From an uncultured Bacillota bacterium (GTDB taxonomy: Bacteria; Bacillota; Clostridia; Peptostreptococcales; Anaerovoracaceae), in contig CAMKAM010000001.1 in the NCBI GenBank assembly GCA_946410475.1, positions 1 through 47,985 of the forward strand: 47,985 nt of DNA, in the 5' to 3' direction. The translations under genes were made by a program, and so were the position numbers. How positions within the stretch are numbered: the first letter of the stretch is position 1; each line of letters begins with the position of its first letter. The notes below the pieces were generated by a model. That model saw only the letters and a program-made list of their open reading frames with translations, had not been told where the DNA came from and ran no database searches. Positions 46,591-47,985 of the stretch are shown piece by piece.

Positions 46591-47985
46591 TGAGTGAAAA
46601 CAAAGGAAACAACAATATTCCGGAACAGGAACCGGGAAGGCTGAAGAAGGAAGCTCAAAGGCTCAAGGCGGAGAAGGACAGACTGAAAAAAGAGGCGGAA
46701 GAGCTGAAAGCGAAGGCTAAGGCAAAGGCCAAAAGAAGGAAAAAATGGAAGCACACAGGCAAACGTCTCAGGCAGTGGGGAACTACCTGCGCCGTTGGCG
46801 CGTTCGTTATAACGCTGATAATCGAGACGCTTGCAAGGCAGACGATAACGGGAGGATTCACCTTCCTTACAGAGCACCCGCTCGTATTCTTCTATAACGC
46901 GCTGATCGTATTAACGTGCCTCAGCTTTTGTATGCTGTTCAGGCACCGGATATTCGTGTTCGTTCTGATAGGGAGCGTGTGGCTGACGCTGGGCATCATC
47001 AACGGACTCATACTGGCGAACAGGATGACGCCGTTCACCACGAACGACATAAAGGAACTGAAGGACGGGATGTCGATAGCGACGAACTATTTCTCGACCG
47101 GGCAAATGGTGGAAATAGCCATAGGTATCATCGCGATCATCGGCTTTGTCGTGATCCTGTTCCTCAAGGCGCCGGTAAGGAAGAACAGGACGAATTTCAG
47201 AGCCGTCATTCCGGGACTTCTGATCGTATGCATGATGATGGTCGGCGGGACTCGTCTTGCTGTAAGCGCCAATATCGTGGACACATATTTCCCGAACCTT
47301 GCTTACGGATACAGAGACAACGGATTCTGTTACTGCTTCGTCGCGACGTGGCTGGACAAGGGCGTCTCCAGACCGAAAAACTATACGGCTGCTTCGATCA
47401 GAGGCATATTCACAAAGAAAGAACTGAACACTACGGTCGGCTACAGCAAGCTCGATACTGCTGAAAAGCATCCGAACATCATATTCCTGCAGCTCGAATC
47501 CTTCGTAGATCCGGAGATCGCCGAAGACGTAAGGCTCGACAGGGACGCTATCCCGAATTATCACAAACTGATGAAAAAGTATTCGACGGGCAGGATACAG
47601 GTGCCGTCGATGGGCGCAGGCACAGCGAATACGGAGTTCGAGTCGATGACTGGAATGAGCGTAAAATTCTTCGGACCGGGCGAATATCCGTACAAGACAG
47701 TCCTGCTCAAAAAGAGCTGTGAGAGCATACCGTTCAACCTCAAGAACATCGGCTATTCGACGCACTGCATCCACAACCACAGAGGTGCGTTCTACAACAG
47801 GAACAAGGTCCTCGGGAATCTGGGCTTTGAGACGTTCACCTCGCTCGAGTACATGAGGAGCGTGGCGAAGACGCCGAAGAACTGGGCGAAGGACTATGTG
47901 CTTACGGACGAGATAATGGACACCCTCAAGGAGACGCCGGGATCCGACTATATCTACACGATATCGGTACAGGGCCACGGCAAGT
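46590..47985 (+). CDS. LtaS-family (sulfatase-fold) lipoteichoic acid synthase/phosphoglycerol transferase, open at the right window edge
   Basis: Absent from the track because it is edge-open. The ATG overlaps the rsmA TAA. Translation: MSENKGNNNIPEQEPGRLKKEAQRLKAEKDRLKKEAEELKAKAKAKAKRRKKWKH..., then 5 TM helices, then NIIFLQLESFVDP...GAGTANTEFESMTGMS (LtaS active-site region). Confidence 0.82.
   Translation, partial: MSENKGNNNIPEQEPGRLKKEAQRLKAEKDRLKKEAEELKAKAKAKAKRRKKWKHTGKRLRQWGTTCAVGAFVITLIIETLARQTITGGFTFLTEHPLVFFYNALIVLTCLSFCMLFRHRIFVFVLIGSVWLTLGIINGLILANRMTPFTTNDIKELKDGMSIATNYFSTGQMVEIAIGIIAIIGFVVILFLKAPVRKNRTNFRAVIPGLLIVCMMMVGGTRLAVSANIVDTYFPNLAYGYRDNGFCYCFVATWLDKGVSRPKNYTAASIRGIFTKKELNTTVGYSKLDTAEKHPNIIFLQLESFVDPEIAEDVRLDRDAIPNYHKLMKKYSTGRIQVPSMGAGTANTEFESMTGMSVKFFGPGEYPYKTVLLKKSCESIPFNLKNIGYSTHCIHNHRGAFYNRNKVLGNLGFETFTSLEYMRSVAKTPKNWAKDYVLTDEIMDTLKETPGSDYIYTISVQGHGK

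Overview
This window is the chromosomal replication-origin neighbourhood of a Bacillota (Firmicutes), Clostridia-like genome. All calls come from reading motifs by eye; no database or covariance search was run.

Core layout:
- A bipartite oriC flanks dnaA. DnaA boxes lie at 17094-17179 and 18572-18686, followed by DnaA-trio-like CTA repeats and an AT-only stretch at 18691-18727.
- To the left, on the minus strand, runs rpmH-rnpA-yidD-yidC-jag-mnmE-mnmG-rsmG-parA-parB, with a perfect parS at 10577-10592.
- To the right, on the plus strand, runs dnaA-dnaN-recF-gyrB-gyrA. Gene orientation flips at oriC, as expected for a working origin.

Left end:
- A lipoprotein and a divergent LysR/NhaC pair, with a small ORF translationally coupled to nhaC.
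- A CsoR/RcnR-family metalloregulator with an alternating (H-x)18 tail.
- A dedicated four-gene ECF transporter that includes a tethered DUF4430 (transcobalamin-like) lipoprotein.
- A clear cobalamin riboswitch gating a signal-peptide protein that is cut by the window edge.

Right of gyrA:
- A Cys-rich SpoIIAB/RsbW-like anti-sigma with degenerate ATP-binding motifs, plus a SigB/F/G-type sigma. No anti-anti-sigma is present.
- trpS, then a membrane-lipid cluster (plsC, PAP2 phosphatase, nucleotidyltransferase, cls) that also holds a shikimate-kinase-like gene with a degenerate P-loop.
- An operon of a P-loop NTPase, a four-subunit 2-oxoacid:ferredoxin oxidoreductase and a CoA-transferase.
- rpsF-ssb-rpsR, a gdpP without transmembrane helices, rplI and dnaB.
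- A DnaD-domain protein whose C-terminus looks like a helicase-loader N-domain without any AAA+ module.
- A convergent acyl-ACP thioesterase, then ftsB/divIC-like, rnmV, rsmA and an LtaS-family gene cut by the right edge.

I saw no rRNA, tRNA, CRISPR array, transposase or integrase, and no obvious defence island. No single compelling new system stands out. The most unusual candidates are the anti-sigma/sigma pair, the AAA+-less DnaD/loader fusion, the metalloregulator-ECF-riboswitch arrangement, and the P-loop/OFOR/CoA-transferase operon.
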